A stretch of 62,861 nt of DNA, the filler included, from Octopus bimaculoides (lineage: Eukaryota): assembly GCF_001194135.2 (NCBI RefSeq). It is 6 parts of 6 records of this genome, joined end to end, with 100 filler letters (N's around TTAATTAATTAA, not from the genome) between each part and the next. Parts side by side here need not be neighbours in the genome. Positions count along the whole stretch, not along the records: positions 34,491 to 54,824 come from NC_068996.1; 5 more parts are not named here. The stretch is one strand, 5' to 3'. The position numbers and the translations under genes were made by a program. The notes below the pieces were generated by a model, which was not told the DNA's origin, ran no database searches, and saw only the letters and a list, made by a program, of their open reading frames with translations. This document shows, piece by piece, positions 37,601 through 50,699 of the stretch (its first letter is position 1; every line of letters starts with the position of its first letter).

Positions 37601-40200
37601 TGCGCATGGAAGGAGGCTGGTGACCTTGATGTGTGCGTCTGTGCATGTGTAGGTGTGTGGATGATGGTGTAGGTGCTGGGAAGTGGTCAATGCTAATGTG
37701 TGCGCTGGTGTGGGTGCTGGGAAGTGATCCGGGTGGAAGGGAGAAGGTGGGTAGGAGTGAAGAGAGGAAATAGGTGCCAGAGCAAGAGAGGAGAGGTGGG
37801 TGGGAGGAAGTAGTTGTGAGAGGAAGAGAGGAGAGAGGAAGAGAGGAGAGAGGAAGAGAGGAGAGAGGAGGAGGGTTAGATGAAGAGAGGAGGAGAGTCG
37901 AGCCCATGTGGCGCAAAGGAGCGAAGAGAGAAGATTAATCCCTGCTCACGGCGAAGACGGGAGTCCGGATGGCCCCTGTGCAAGGACAATCCGAACACAG
38001 ACAGNNNNNNNNNNNNNNNNNNNNNNNNNNNNNNNNNNNNNNNNNNNNNNNNNNNNNNNNNNNNNNNNNNNNNNNNNNNNNNNNNNNNNNNNNNNNNNNN
38101 NNNNNNNNNNNNNNNNNNNNNNNNNNNNNNNNNNNNNNNNNNNNNNNNNNNNNNNNNNNNNNNNNNNNNNNNNNNNNNNNNNNNNNNNNNNNNNNNNNNN
38201 NNNNNNNNNNNNNNNNNNNNNNNNNNNNNNNNNNNNNNNNNNNNNNNNNNNNNNNNNNNNNNNNNNNNNNNNNNNNNNNNNNNNNNNNNNNNNNNNNNNN
38301 NNNNNNNNNNNNNNNNNNNNNNNNNNNNNNNNNNNNNNNNNNNNNNNNNNNNNNNNNNNNNNNNNNNNNNNNNNNNNNNNNNNNNNNNNNNNNNNNNNNN
38401 NNNNNNNNNNNNNNNNNNNNNNNNNNNNNNNNNNNNNNNNNNNNNNNNNNNGGATGGTATTGGAGAGGTAAGGGTAAATATACTTTTTCTTTAATTTTCG
38501 GATTTTTGTTAGTTTGATAGTCTTGTCAAACTTAAGGTTTTTTTTTAATATTCTGTCAGACCTAAGTAACTGAATTTGGTGTTGAATACGCTCTTGCCAA
38601 GTAGGCTTCTTGTGGGAATGTTGTCGTTTTCTACTCTTTTCACCACTTAAAATCATTGAGATTTTCGCGGATGCATTATACAGGTAATTGAGATCTGTAA
38701 TATCAACATCATTGGTTGAAATTATATCATTAAGTGCAAGGCGGATTTTACCAATTATTTTCAGGTTTTAGTTAGAATTGCGAAGTTTTGGGAGAGTATC
38801 GCATTCATTGATACTGGTTTCTTTAATTTTCAGCCATTCAATCATGATTTGATTTTTTAGATCATCTAGTTCAGTTGGGTCAATTTCTGTGTGACTTTCT
38901 TCATCTATTTGATTTTCATCTGCCTTGGTGTTTATGGTTGGTTCAGAGAGTATTTCACTTTGCTTATCAGTTACATTGACTCTTTCTATTATTACTGCAT
39001 TTTCATCAGACCTGGGTTGGTCTATAATTATTTCCTCAGTCATATCTTCTTTAGCTGCAACTTCGTTCCTTTTATCCCTTACTGATTGTTTAATCTGGCC
39101 AATCTTTAATTCAATTTGTAATTTCTTTTTATAATGTTTCTTCTGGAGTTGGCAAGTTCGTTATTACCTATGTATGATCTTATTTCAAAGCGCTTTTCTC
39201 TCCAGTTTGGGTAGGTTTGTTAGGTAGATTTATATGTGGGGAAATATATGGCACGATAGAAGGCCTTAAGAACTTCTTTATTATCTCCCCAATACCATTT
39301 TTCATTCTTTTTCTTTTGGTTATTTGATGACGAACGTGGATAGCTATCTGTTGGACTATCCCGGTTGTGGGGTATTTCTAGCTCTGTGTTTCGAGAAGAT
39401 TTGAACCAGTAGCTGATTTTTAGCACCCAGTCAGGTTCCTTACTGGGGTGTTCGACCCTTGTTGACTCGGGTGACGGCATTTTCAGTGTGTATTTTGCTT
39501 TGTAATCATTGAGGCATGACGAGCTTGGACGTTGACATTAAGGGACGGATCTGTCTGTTTAGCGTTAACTTTTTGAGACAACACTACCTCTGAGTTCTCT
39601 AAATGAAAATATTGCTCTTAACGTCGCTTCTTAAGGCTAACAGATCTGTATTCGTCTGTATTTTTTTGTTGACGGATTTATCTCCGGGCATAGTTTCTTT
39701 GTGGTGTTTTTGAACTTATGAATTGTTCATTCTGTATTAGTTCGAAGAAAATTGTTTTGTTATTGTTTTGCTTCGTTTGTGACACGTGCTTTCGTTTGCG
39801 TGTATGTGTGTCCTGTAAATTTCAAGCAGTTGTGTAAACATTGAGGTGTATGTGTAGTTTTATGAGTATTAGAATATATATATAATTGTATAGAATTCGA
39901 ATGTATGCGTAATTAATCAATTTACGTGCTTACTGTTTAGTTCCACTTATATTTTATAATTTGTAAACTTTCCGATGTTGATTTCGCATGTGCCTTTCGC
40001 ACGTTTCACTGAGACATCGTGCATGGGAGAAACGGTGCTTTGTGTGGCAGTAAAATTTCGTTTTTTGTGATTATTTTCGTTAAAAGGCCGCTTCCTTTAA
40101 GTCTTCCACAGGTTCCTTTTTCCCATTTCACCGATGTTATTAAATTAGATTTGTTTTTGTATGGAGTGCCCGTTGTAGCACGTCCATATTGTTATTCAGC
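34601..40200 (-). mobile_element. Near full-length R4/Dong LINE (single ORF: N-terminus, RT, zinc finger, RLE), degenerate, split by a PLE
   Basis: Ordered minus-strand segments: N-terminus 38456-39480; KQKASTKASRITRYEKR 37125-37300; RT NYRPITCL...QGDSLS 36144-36866; ETVGFITAAHYQCLPTRNYQ 35223-35519; 3' tail at 34601; many frameshifts. Confidence 0.9.
37299..38004 (-). mobile_element. Penelope-like element 3' end inserted in the Dong LINE
   Basis: Reverse complement of 37900-38004 reads LSVFGLSLHRGHPDSRLRREQGLIFSLRSFAPHGL (GIY-YIG C-terminus), followed by a pyrimidine-rich UTR and the PLE terminus. Confidence 0.8.
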
Positions 40201-40205
40201 GCGTA

Positions 40206-40395
<190 letters not shown>

Positions 40396-40689
40396 ATTAT
40401 CCTCTGATTTCGTTTTATATGCAATGAATACGGAATATCAACAAGATACTTGGAGCAGGCATCGTTGGTTTGGTTTTGACAGTCTTCTTTTTATTTTGTC
40501 ACTCACTTAAGAAGTCACATCGCAAAAGTTTAATGGTTAAAACAAACAAATTGAGAAAATAAGTATAGGAAGATAGAGGAGAATGAAAAGAAGTATAAAA
40601 GAGTATAAAAGACACGAGTTTATTTTGCACTGAGAACACTTGAATGCTATTAAATATCAATGAAATTTACTATTAAAATTAAACAGAAA

Positions 40690-42975
40690 AGGTTGTGTGT
40701 TGACAAAAATTTATAAAAGTTGTGGGGTAGTACATATCAGAACTATCTTTTGGATTTCATTGGTGCTAGGTTTACCAGGTGTGTTTTCTAGAAACTTTTG
40801 AACACACTTCTTTATGAGGCCTAGTGCTCGTATCACTGTTGGAACAGTTTGGGTTTCCAGATGCCACATCCTGTTTATCTCTGTTTCAAGATCCTTCTAT
40901 TCTGCAAGTTTTGCATACTCTTTTGCTGAGACAATTCTATCAGACGGTAGAGTCATGTTGAATAGTAAGCAGGTCTTGCTTTAAAAATTTTTAATAATAA
41001 TATTAGGATGAATAGTACGATTTGTGTGAATAGTCCGAAAGAATTGTTACTCCTTCAGTTTCAGTTACTGGTTGTGTATAAGTTGTCTGTATGTTATGCA
41101 TTATATTGTTTGCTTATGATCCAGTGGAAGTGTTGCCCCAACCCTATCGTGTCTGATCTTATATTTAATTGGTGTTACCATGGGGCATCCTGATATTATA
41201 TGGTACATTGTTTCAAGCTGTACGTCACATATCTTGCATTTGGTGTCTGCTACGATTCCGAAAATATATGCCTGATAATTCCTTGTACATCGGCTTTGGT
41301 CCTGGGCAACACAAATAAATCCTTCCGTTTCCCGAACTTCCCAGCCACTGATGGGTTTGGGCATCGTCTACCTACATCAGCGCCTAGGGTGCGAAGCCGT
41401 AAGTAGCCATGTAGAGGTTTTTGCTGCTGTCTTTCTCTAAATGGCATTAGACCGTCTGACTTTGTCTTGCCTCTGTAGATTTTTTTGCTACTTTAGTTGG
41501 AATTAGATCAACTTCATTAGTAAGATGTATGTCTTCGGTTCTTGGTTATTTCCTGTACTTTCCTGTACTCTCCAGTACTTTTTCGCTTCTTTGAATGCTG
41601 AGAGTTTCTTTTGGCTTTCGTGATCTCTTACTAACTTCATTATCCAGTCATTGGTGCTCTCCAGGTACGTTTGCAAGCCTGTCGTAGTTATTTTGTATGA
41701 TAGTTCCAATAGGATTAACCCTCCTCCTTCTCCTTGTCTTGGTAAATATAAGCGATCTACGTCTGTTTTGGGTCGATACATTTTATTGACTGTAAGAAGT
41801 TTTCAAGATTCTATGTCCATTCTCTGAGGACCAGACAAGTTCCAATTAATGATGTCATAATTGTATTAAACCTCTGGTACACATAAAGTGTTTACAGTCT
41901 TGAAACGGACTTTAGAATTTAGCTCTATTTTCAGGATCAGCCTTACTCTTCTGCAGAAATATTTTCGTATTTTGTCCTTCATTTGAATATGTTTAATTCC
42001 ATCACCTTCGTTTATGTAAAGATATTTATAGGTACCTTCTGTGTCTAATTCGTGTTTGGTTGTATCGATATCGAGTTTAAAGGATGATGTTTTTGTCAGT
42101 TTCCCTCTTTTAAACGTTGCTTTGGCGCACTTATCAACGCCAAATTCCATGCCAATGTCATTGTTATATTACTTCACAGATGTCCAAAATCTTGGCCCTT
42201 TTTAGCATATACTTTGAGATCATCCATAAAAAACAAATGCTTAAAGACCTCACTGTTGCTGTTCATCTTATACTCGTATCCTGTGTTGCTGAGCTTACTT
42301 GATATTAAAATGAAAGCTAAGCAAAGAGGAGAGGGGAGAGTGAGTTGCCTTGAAATATTTCGCAATTAATTTCAAGTTTATCTGACTGTATAGCTCCTTT
42401 GTTATGGCTTAGGAAGAGAGCTGTACTCCATTTTGATATGCTGGATCATTAACAATACAACTAGATATTATGGAAGATATTTTGCAAATTTCTAGGTCTT
42501 CCAATATCCATTCATGTAGTATACTGTCATAGGATTTAGATGTGTCTTTTTGGACTGATAGTATTCTAGAATCATCTTATCAATTAATAGTTGGTCTTTG
42601 CACCCATATGTGAAGGCGCGTGGCCTAGTAGCTAGGGTGTTGCACTCACAATCGCTAGATCGTGGGTTCGCTTTCCGGACTAGGTGCTGTGTTTTGTTCT
42701 TGACCAAATCACTTCATTTCGCGTTGCTCTAGTGCTGCGTGGGGACCGGCATGTCAAAGAATAGACCTCTGCGTGTCATTATGGGCGACTAAAAGTGGTT
42801 GAAGTAGGATTTAAATTCTGATCTTGTAAAACTCCTACCAACAACGACTATCCAAACAGACCCATGGGTTGGAGGGCTGTCACCTGAGTGGTGCAAAGGT
42901 ATCATCCACCATGAGTAGGGAATCACCAACAAATGGTGGACGAAGCGACACGTTGTTACAGCGCACGCCTCAAAG

Positions 42976-43043
<68 letters not shown>

Positions 43044-43520
43044 TGTAGCCATATGAGTCCCACTTTCCTCTTTATCGTTCTTGTGGAATTATTCTATTTT
43101 CATCAGGGGTTTTGTATGTTCGCTCAGTTAGTATAGATGTCAGGAGTTTGTAGGTGGTAGTGAGACAAATTTTGGACCTATAGTTTTTTTTGATTTTATG
43201 TTTCAGCTGTTTTTGAGAGACAGTATGTTGTGCTTCAGTTAATGAGTTCGGGGTTTCATTTGAGTTTTTTTTTTATTATAGATGTAATTTCACAAACAAG
43301 TTCTTTATGAATCCCTGTAAGTGCATTTAGCCAAAAGCCAGGGATTTGGTCTGTTTAAAGTGAATTCCATTTATGATCTATATTAAGTTCCTGCTTTAGC
43401 TCACACAGCTTTCTTTCTTGCCATTCTTCATGGGTAATGTCTCTCATTCTACCGAGTTTTCTATTAATCCACCCAGCTTCTTTATTGCATTTTTTATTGC
43501 TCCATATATTTTCCACAACT
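40690..43520 (-). mobile_element. Second, more diverged R4/Dong LINE (RT to RLE)
   Basis: YGCKDQLLIDKMIL, HLFFMDDLKVY, MEFGVDKCAK, DVDRLYLPRQGEGGGL and CKICDVQLETMYHIISGC occur in order on the minus strand. Confidence 0.85.
42605..43040 (+). mobile_element. tRNA-derived SINE with (CTA)n tail inserted into the Dong RT
   Basis: ggcgcgtggcctagtagctagg (A box) ... gtgggttcg (B box) head; ends in (ACT)n. Confidence 0.7.
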
Positions 43521-44270
43521 CAGATAAGAAGTAATAATAGCAGCGACCACGAGGGACCTAACACTACCAAGCGCAGCATTATTTCTTTTGCCAAAATCAC
43601 AAATGCGTTTGATTTCATCCCATTAGAGAACAAGCATGAACATTTAAAAGAGGCAAAGAAAGATATAAATCATCTGGAACAGAGAAAAGTTATGCTCAAT
43701 ACACCACAACATCTCTTTGAACAAACAGAAAGGAAAAAAATTCTGTATAGATGCGTGTCGACGAAAAGGAATAAATTAGAGCGCATACCTTCAGACAAAG
43801 CTGAACTCTGCTTAAAAAATATACGACCTGACATGAGTTTTGTGGATCATGATCATAAATTTGGATATATTAGAATTATTAGAAACCCTAGCTCAAAAGT
43901 ACTTCACCGTCCTAAAAACTGGAAGATTAATAACGATTTATCCGGGGTTGATATTGATCCAAGTAAAAAATCCCACGATACAGATCATCTTCTTGGACTC
44001 AGAAGGTAAGTTGATTGTCCTGGATTTGTGTATTAGGATTTCTCAATTTCCTAAAGTTCGTCATTTCCTGGAAAATGAAAGCAGCAATGGTATGTAGTTG
44101 TGATAATGTTTGTTGTGTATTGAATGTATAATATGAATGTATAATAAATGAATGTATGATAAATGTTCTACATTTGTTTAAATAATTGAAAAACACTACT
44201 CGCATGTAATGTCCTGTACAGTCCCCTCTTTATTTAGTCCCTTTGCGGATAATTAAGAATTAACAATTGC
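43520..44270 (+). mobile_element. ORF1-only L1/Tx1-derived element, copy 1 (HAL1-like)
   Basis: VMLNTPQHLFEQTERKKILYRCVSTKRNKLE...LKNIRPDMSFVDHDHKFGYI aligns by eye with the ORF1 of the next element; ends in the tail tgtaatgtcctgtacagtcccctctttatttagtccctttgcggataattaagaa. Confidence 0.55.
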
Positions 44271-44329
44271 TTCTATTATCAAAAGTCTATTGTTATTGAA
44301 TTACTGTTGATTTTTGTTGCAGGTTTTCC

Positions 44330-45346
44330 CTTTTGGGACTACCTTTACTGATAAATTGTTTAAGAACTGTTAGTGTCTTACGACACATTGTTGGCCTTTA
44401 CAGGCTTGTTTCCTGTTGTTTCCCCTCGTTTAGTGGCGAATTATTTACATTTTGTATAGGGTGTGCCTACACAAAATGGAAGACGATATGTTTTGCGAGC
44501 TCTGGGAGTGCAACGGAGACTACACCAGCGATTCAGGAGAGAGCACTGAAAGATATGCGGCCGCGGCAGGCAGACATTTGAAGCGCTATAAGCTGAAACC
44601 GGAAGCCGTAAAGAAATTTCAAACAATGTTTCGGGGTGAGTGAGCTTACGTAAGGTTAACTCCTCCAAAGGAGGTAATGGAGGAAATGACGAGGAAAACG
44701 GTAGTTTACAGGACATTATCTCTGAAAACTTAAAAGATAGAGATAGCGTCCATAGAAGAGATAGAGAAGGTATTGAAGCCTATTATGAACAAACTAGCGT
44801 TTGTGAGACGTGGAAGGAATTACGGTACTGTGGAGGCTCAGTTTATAGCCGAGAATGATGCCAGGGTCGACTCAGCAATTAGCCTGAAGATCAAAGAACT
44901 GGTTCTTTTGCCGACATATCTCGGCAAAAGAACAACAAAAATAACTGTAGATGGATTTGCACCGGAAATTAAACCACCACGGTTCCTGGCAGCCGCCTTC
45001 GCCAACATAAAAGAGGAAGTAACACTTATGGAGTTTGAGGAGAGAAGTGTCCAGAACTGATGTGGCAAGAGCTTAAGAGTAACGATTCAAGTCACACCAG
45101 CGGACATTGACGATATGCCGGAATTCGTCATTCTTCCGAGTCAAACGGAATTGAAAGTCACCGTACAAGGCAGAATTCCAAAGTGATTCGGGGGCGCATA
45201 GAAGGGACACATAAGAAAGACGTGCCTCAGGCCCTACAACCTTAAGCAAAGGGAGAAAGTCAGGAGGGGGCAAGTGTGCAGCAGGAGAGAGTTGAAGAGA
45301 AGGTCACAGGGGGAAGAAGAAGCAGGAGGAGGTGATGGAGGAGGAG

Positions 45347-45427
<81 letters not shown>

Positions 45428-45900
45428 GAGAGAGAGAAAGATGGTTACGACAAAGGAAGACACACCCTTAACATCAATATCTATAGAGGTAAGTAATGGG
45501 AATGGAAAGTTGCTCGGAGGAAGAGAAAGAAGAAAAACGTTCATTCTCTCCCTCCCACAAGCAAAAAAGCTTAAAGACACAAGAATATACAAACACGAAC
45601 ACACAAGAACAAATAACATCAGAGACAAATGAAAACACTAGAAATAGAAAAGATCAGATAAAAAATGTAGTGATTTCACAAACGACACCAAGCAAAGTAA
45701 AAAAGAAATAATCTTTTGAAAATTTATGTACGTTTAAAAAATCTTCAATGATCTTACCTGGACCGTGGGGCCCGGGTAACCATCATTTCATCTTTCTTAT
45801 TATATAATCATTCATTTTTCATTCGATTTTTACCCCACTTTGTAATGTCTTGTACTGTCCCCTCTTTGTTTAGTCCCTTTGTGGACAATAAAGAATCAAC
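44330..45900 (+). mobile_element. ORF1-only L1/Tx1-derived element, copy 2 (HAL1-like)
   Basis: ORF1 remnant 44470-45270 (KLAFVRRGRNYGTVE...LLPTYLGKRTTKITVDG...LKVTVQGRIPK..decayed knuckle GHIRKTC), then (GA)n, a low-complexity tract and a 3' tail at 45843-45897. No ORF2 is visible. Confidence 0.7.
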
Positions 45901-46559
45901 AATTGATTCCATCGCTACAGGATCATGGTTGATGTTGTTACCCCTTTTCATACGTACTGGTGCTGGTTGTGCTTCCGCTACGGTGAGATAGAAATTCACA
46001 GTTTACGGCTATTTGATCCCTGTTCTTATACCTGTGCTTATGAAAGAAGAAAATTACAAAACTTGACAATGTTAAAATTAACTTGTTTGAAATATATTCT
46101 ATAGGAGTCTATTAAAATAAATTGATAGACACATAAATCAGTAACACTCGACCCCATATAGTCAAGAAGATAAATTTAAAATAAAACGATAAAATCGTAA
46201 AAATATGAAACTAAAAGGGAAAATACACAGAGATCTTTGGAACGAGTGGGTTAATAAGTAGGATACAATTATATTTTAGCATGAAGTATTAAATAAAAAC
46301 CCAGGGAGTAGGCGCCGATTTTCATACTTCATTTTGAACTATCTTATGTGATGATTTAGTGATTTGGACATCAAAAAGCAAAAATTGTGGATGAAAACAT
46401 TTATTTTATAAAAATGTTTTTGTATAAAAAACTCTTACAAAGGGATTAATGTGAAAAATGTTTTAACTATTAAAAATATTTCAATCAATTTGATATCTTA
46501 TCTCTTGAAGCCAGTATTGTTGATAGTTGAAATGGTCCCAAGATTAAAGAATTGCTTAT

Positions 46560-47400
46560 GCCAGGTGACACTTCTGTTTGCAGTAATTTGATATACATTC
46601 CTTAACGATGTCCTTTTTAATCTTTGTAGTACAGATATTTCCTTTTGAGGGAAGTGGGTGCTTCAATTATCATGGGTTTGAGATCGGAATGATATGTAAG
46701 GTTTTTTTGATAAAGCGATGCGCTTTCTTTTATGCAATTTCTCTGATATTTTGCAACTTTGTTTCTGATGATGCAATTAGAATCGAGTCGAATGCAACCA
46801 AGATTAAAAAGTGTTATTTAAATACTTTATCAATCCTTTTTTGTTTAATTATTTTCTTGACACTCTCAATAAAAGTGACAATGGAGTATTTTGACGATTC
46901 AATTTTTATTAAAAAAAAAAAACAAATCTTTTTTTCTGTCGTGACAAATGTTGCATCCCTTAAATGTAGATTTTCAACTTCACTTTAATTGGTTCTAATG
47001 CTGAAACTGTATAAATAGCATTAAATCCATTATTTTAAAAGTCGAGTGGATGCTTTTATATTGATTATATGAGCTTTTAAGGAAAATGAATAGTTCTAAG
47101 ATTGCAAATAAACTACGCTATCTGGCCACTGATTAATGGCAGTTCAGGAAAATAATCCTCTTCAACATGTTCCCGAAATATTTATTTTTTTATATTTTTG
47201 CTGAGGACTTACAAAATGAAATGATAATAGTTCTCATTTTCTCTTCTACAGCGAAACGGTCTTCTGCAATAGGAACTATTTTCTCTGTGTTCAGTTTGCC
47301 GCAGACCGCCATAAATCACTAACCACATTCATAACTGCAGAATCTTCTTTTTGACCCTAACCCTCGAGTTCTTGTTGGAAAGAGCCATTAGTAGAATTAA
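46560..47400 (-). mobile_element. hAT-superfamily transposase remnant, highly degenerate
   Basis: Frame-shifted segments SALEPIK/VENLHLRDATFVTTEK/KLNRQNTPLS/VKKIIKQKR resemble hAT LEPIKLAVEALCRRDATLLTAE...KLxxQNxxLS. Confidence 0.5.
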
Positions 47401-47689
47401 TTAATTATTATTATTTTATTTTTGTTTTTTGTAAAGAACATTACAAGCAGCCAAATGAAATCTAGTCGCAGTTAGCATCCTAACTAAATTGAACCATGAT
47501 TCTTTGTTACATCAGTTACGACTGTGGCTATATATTTGTTTCCAAATGGCGGTTGAATTGAGCAAGTGCTGTTCGTAAATGTTCAATAATTTTTTCAGTA
47601 AGTAAACTTTTAATAATTCTGCTCATTCTTAAGTTCCAGAATATTTCGGATAATCTGCTTTATCTTTTATCTTTCAAGGTACCGCCTTG

Positions 47690-48234
47690 GGAGGTTATTA
47701 GTCGAAAAGACCAACCCCAGTACTTATTTTTTAAAGTCTGGTTCTTATTATACCAGTCTTAGTTGTCGAACTGCTAAGTTATGGGGACGTATTCGCAAGG
47801 CTTTCGTCAGCCTAAGACTATAGTCGAAGACACTTGCTCAATGGGCCATGCAGTGGGACTAAACCCAGAACCATGTGGCTGGGAAGGTAACTTCTTACTA
47901 CAAATTCACGCCTGTGCTTATAAATGTACACTTACATTTAAATACCTACGATTACATATAATTGTATATCTATCACGTGTTTGAGAAATAAATTTATTTC
48001 TGATTTCATTATTGCCCACAAGGGGCTAAATATAGAGGGGACAAACAAGGACAGACAAAGGGATTAAGTCGATTACATCGATCCCAGTGCGTAACTGGTA
48101 CTTAATTTATCGACCCCGAAAGGATGAAAAGCAAAGTCGACCTCGGCGGAATTTGAACTCAGAACGTAACAGCAGACGAAATACCGCTAAGCATTTCACC
48201 CGGCGTGCTAACGGTTCTGCCAGCTCACCGCCTT
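47690..48234 (-). mobile_element. SINE B/C (47690-47915) followed by a full family A SINE (47993-48234)
   Basis: Reverse complements of the two family consensus sequences seen elsewhere in the window. Confidence 0.8.
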
Positions 48235-48539
48235 ACAATACATCTCAACGCTTCTAAAAAAACAAACTTTGTTTGTTTACTTTCTATCTAAAGAAATTTT
48301 GAATTTTTCGTTGTTCCTTTTTTACCTACCTTATTCATTACAATTTTTTTCTAATCACACTGACGTTAAATATCCTGCCTTGAATGATAATAGTTGTTTT
48401 GGTAATAGCAAACACTTATCTGCAATAGGTTCCTTAATACAAACATCTTTATCTATTTCAATCACGGAAAACTCATCACTACTTATCTGAATAGTAATTT
48501 ACCTATAGTTTCAGGTTTTCCAATTAAAATTATTTTCTA

Positions 48540-48970
48540 TAGATCGACATATACATACATTGGAACAGACATGAAAAAGTATGTACCGTCATAGAGGTCA
48601 GCTGTCCTGGTGATATGAACATCTCTTTAAAAATCAAAGGAAAAGAGGATGACTATGGACAATTCCTTCGAAACCTCCAGCTTCTATATCTAGACTATAA
48701 ATTCGCATTATACCAATAATAATTAGTGCAATTTGTTTTGTGAGTAAATGCCTAAGCGATAATCTGGAGAAGATAGGGTTTTCAGAAAAGGAAACCAACT
48801 AATTAACTAGCACATTATAAATACAATCCGTAAGTGGAACAGTAAAGATATGCAAGACTTTCCCCAGGTCTAAAATGTAATATTACTTTTGTTCTCCACA
48901 TTCGAGAGATAGAATCTTGTATCTTTGTTAGAAACCAGCTCCTTCAGAGGAAAAATTCAAATAATTAATA
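48540..48970 (+). mobile_element. R4/Dong-type LINE RLE C-terminus and 3' tail
   Basis: HWNRHEKVCTVIEVSCPGDMNISLKIK.KEDDYGQFLRNLQLLY...SGTVKICKTF, then an A/T-rich tail. Confidence 0.75.
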
Positions 48971-48981
48971 ACAGAAGAGAA

Positions 48982-49063
<82 letters not shown>

Positions 49064-50361
49064 CATACATACATACACATATACATACATGCATGCATAC
49101 ATAAATACATACATACGGTTGCTCGATGTATACATACACATAAATATACAAATACACATATGTTTGAGCGGAAGTGTGATTGGGTGTTGAGTGTGACACT
49201 GTGTGTTTGTGTGTGTGTGTGTGTAAACGTGTGTGAATTGTTGAGTGTCTTTTATTCTTGTTAAGTCAATATGTGCAAAAGATGTCAATTTTATGCTTTT
49301 AAGTTAAACTGATAAGTAATTTGTAATTAAGCTAATTAATTGACATGAAGCAATTACATTAGTAGCTTTAATCTCAGTGCCGACGTGGATAGAGATTATA
49401 AGAACGAATAAGAAAGTTATATCATGTATCTTTAAATGTGATTCTAGTCCTAATTAGAATTATCAACGGCATTGTTATTGCTTCTCGAAAATCATTTTCT
49501 CAGCGATTAAATTATGCTGAGAAATTATTCTGAGATGCTTTCTGGATGGAAAATAACAAAGTTAAGGATAAAATATTTAAGCTAGTAAACATTTGAAAGC
49601 TGATTAGAATTAATGAAAAATTCTAATGATTAATAAATGAATATAAAAAAATTTGTAAGTCTTAATAAATGTAATATTTTCAATAATTATGTTTGCGGGA
49701 AAGACTGTTTTAACCAACGGATCTAATATTATTTTAATTATTCTTAAACTTACGGCAAATAACTCCTGTCAGGTTGATGCAGATCTTCTTAGCAAAAGCA
49801 AAGTTTTGTTTACCGAAGTGATGATAAGAGAATTATGAAATAAATGTCCAATAATATATAGTGGATATATATATATATATTTCATGCCAACTACAAGAGT
49901 AGTTGACATGGAAAATTTTGATATTTTAGGGAACATATTACTCAGTGAAATTAAAAATTTAATTTTTAAAAATATTTTCTTCGCGTTTCGTTGAAACCAT
50001 ACGACCAACATATCTCGTAAGTAAAGTTAATAGGATGAAATAGCATTGCACTTTGTGTGAAGTACAAAATGACTGGTTTGTTCGTTATATCTTCTTTGCA
50101 TTCATTCATTCATTCATTCACACACATTAGAGTGTATTTTAATGGTAATTTATCTTAAATTTTCTTGTTAAAGGTTCGTGCGCCAACGTTATTTGCTCTT
50201 TACTTTACAGCTGTACTCATGTGTAGAGAACGACCGTGCGAACCAAAGGAGATGGTGACAAAGTGGAAACAAGCTCCTTTTACCGTGTCGCATGGTCATC
50301 ACAAAACATGTAATATGACATATGAAGGCCTGCATGTGAGATGCGAGCAAGTGCTAGCAAA

Positions 50362-50448
<87 letters not shown>

Positions 50449-50699
50449 ACCGTTAGATATATATAGAGAGTAAGTTTTATTAGGGTAGTCAACTGTGTGT
50501 CTGTGAGTGCGTGCATGCGGCAATATAAGTAACACAATACATAAGACAGTCCTTCGTATGAACAATAGTATGTATACATAATATATGTGTGTATGTGAAT
50601 GAGAAATACAGAGCATAGAATAAGACTATGAGTCCTGAACACAAAGATAGAGAAATACCAGTTCATAGAAGAGTTACACAGTAGATAGAATGTCTGTAG

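Noticed and set aside
43437-44009. 190-aa ORF as a host gene
   Set aside because: The first ~28 codons are antisense Dong sequence; the rest is retroelement ORF1 that shifts frame near 43880.
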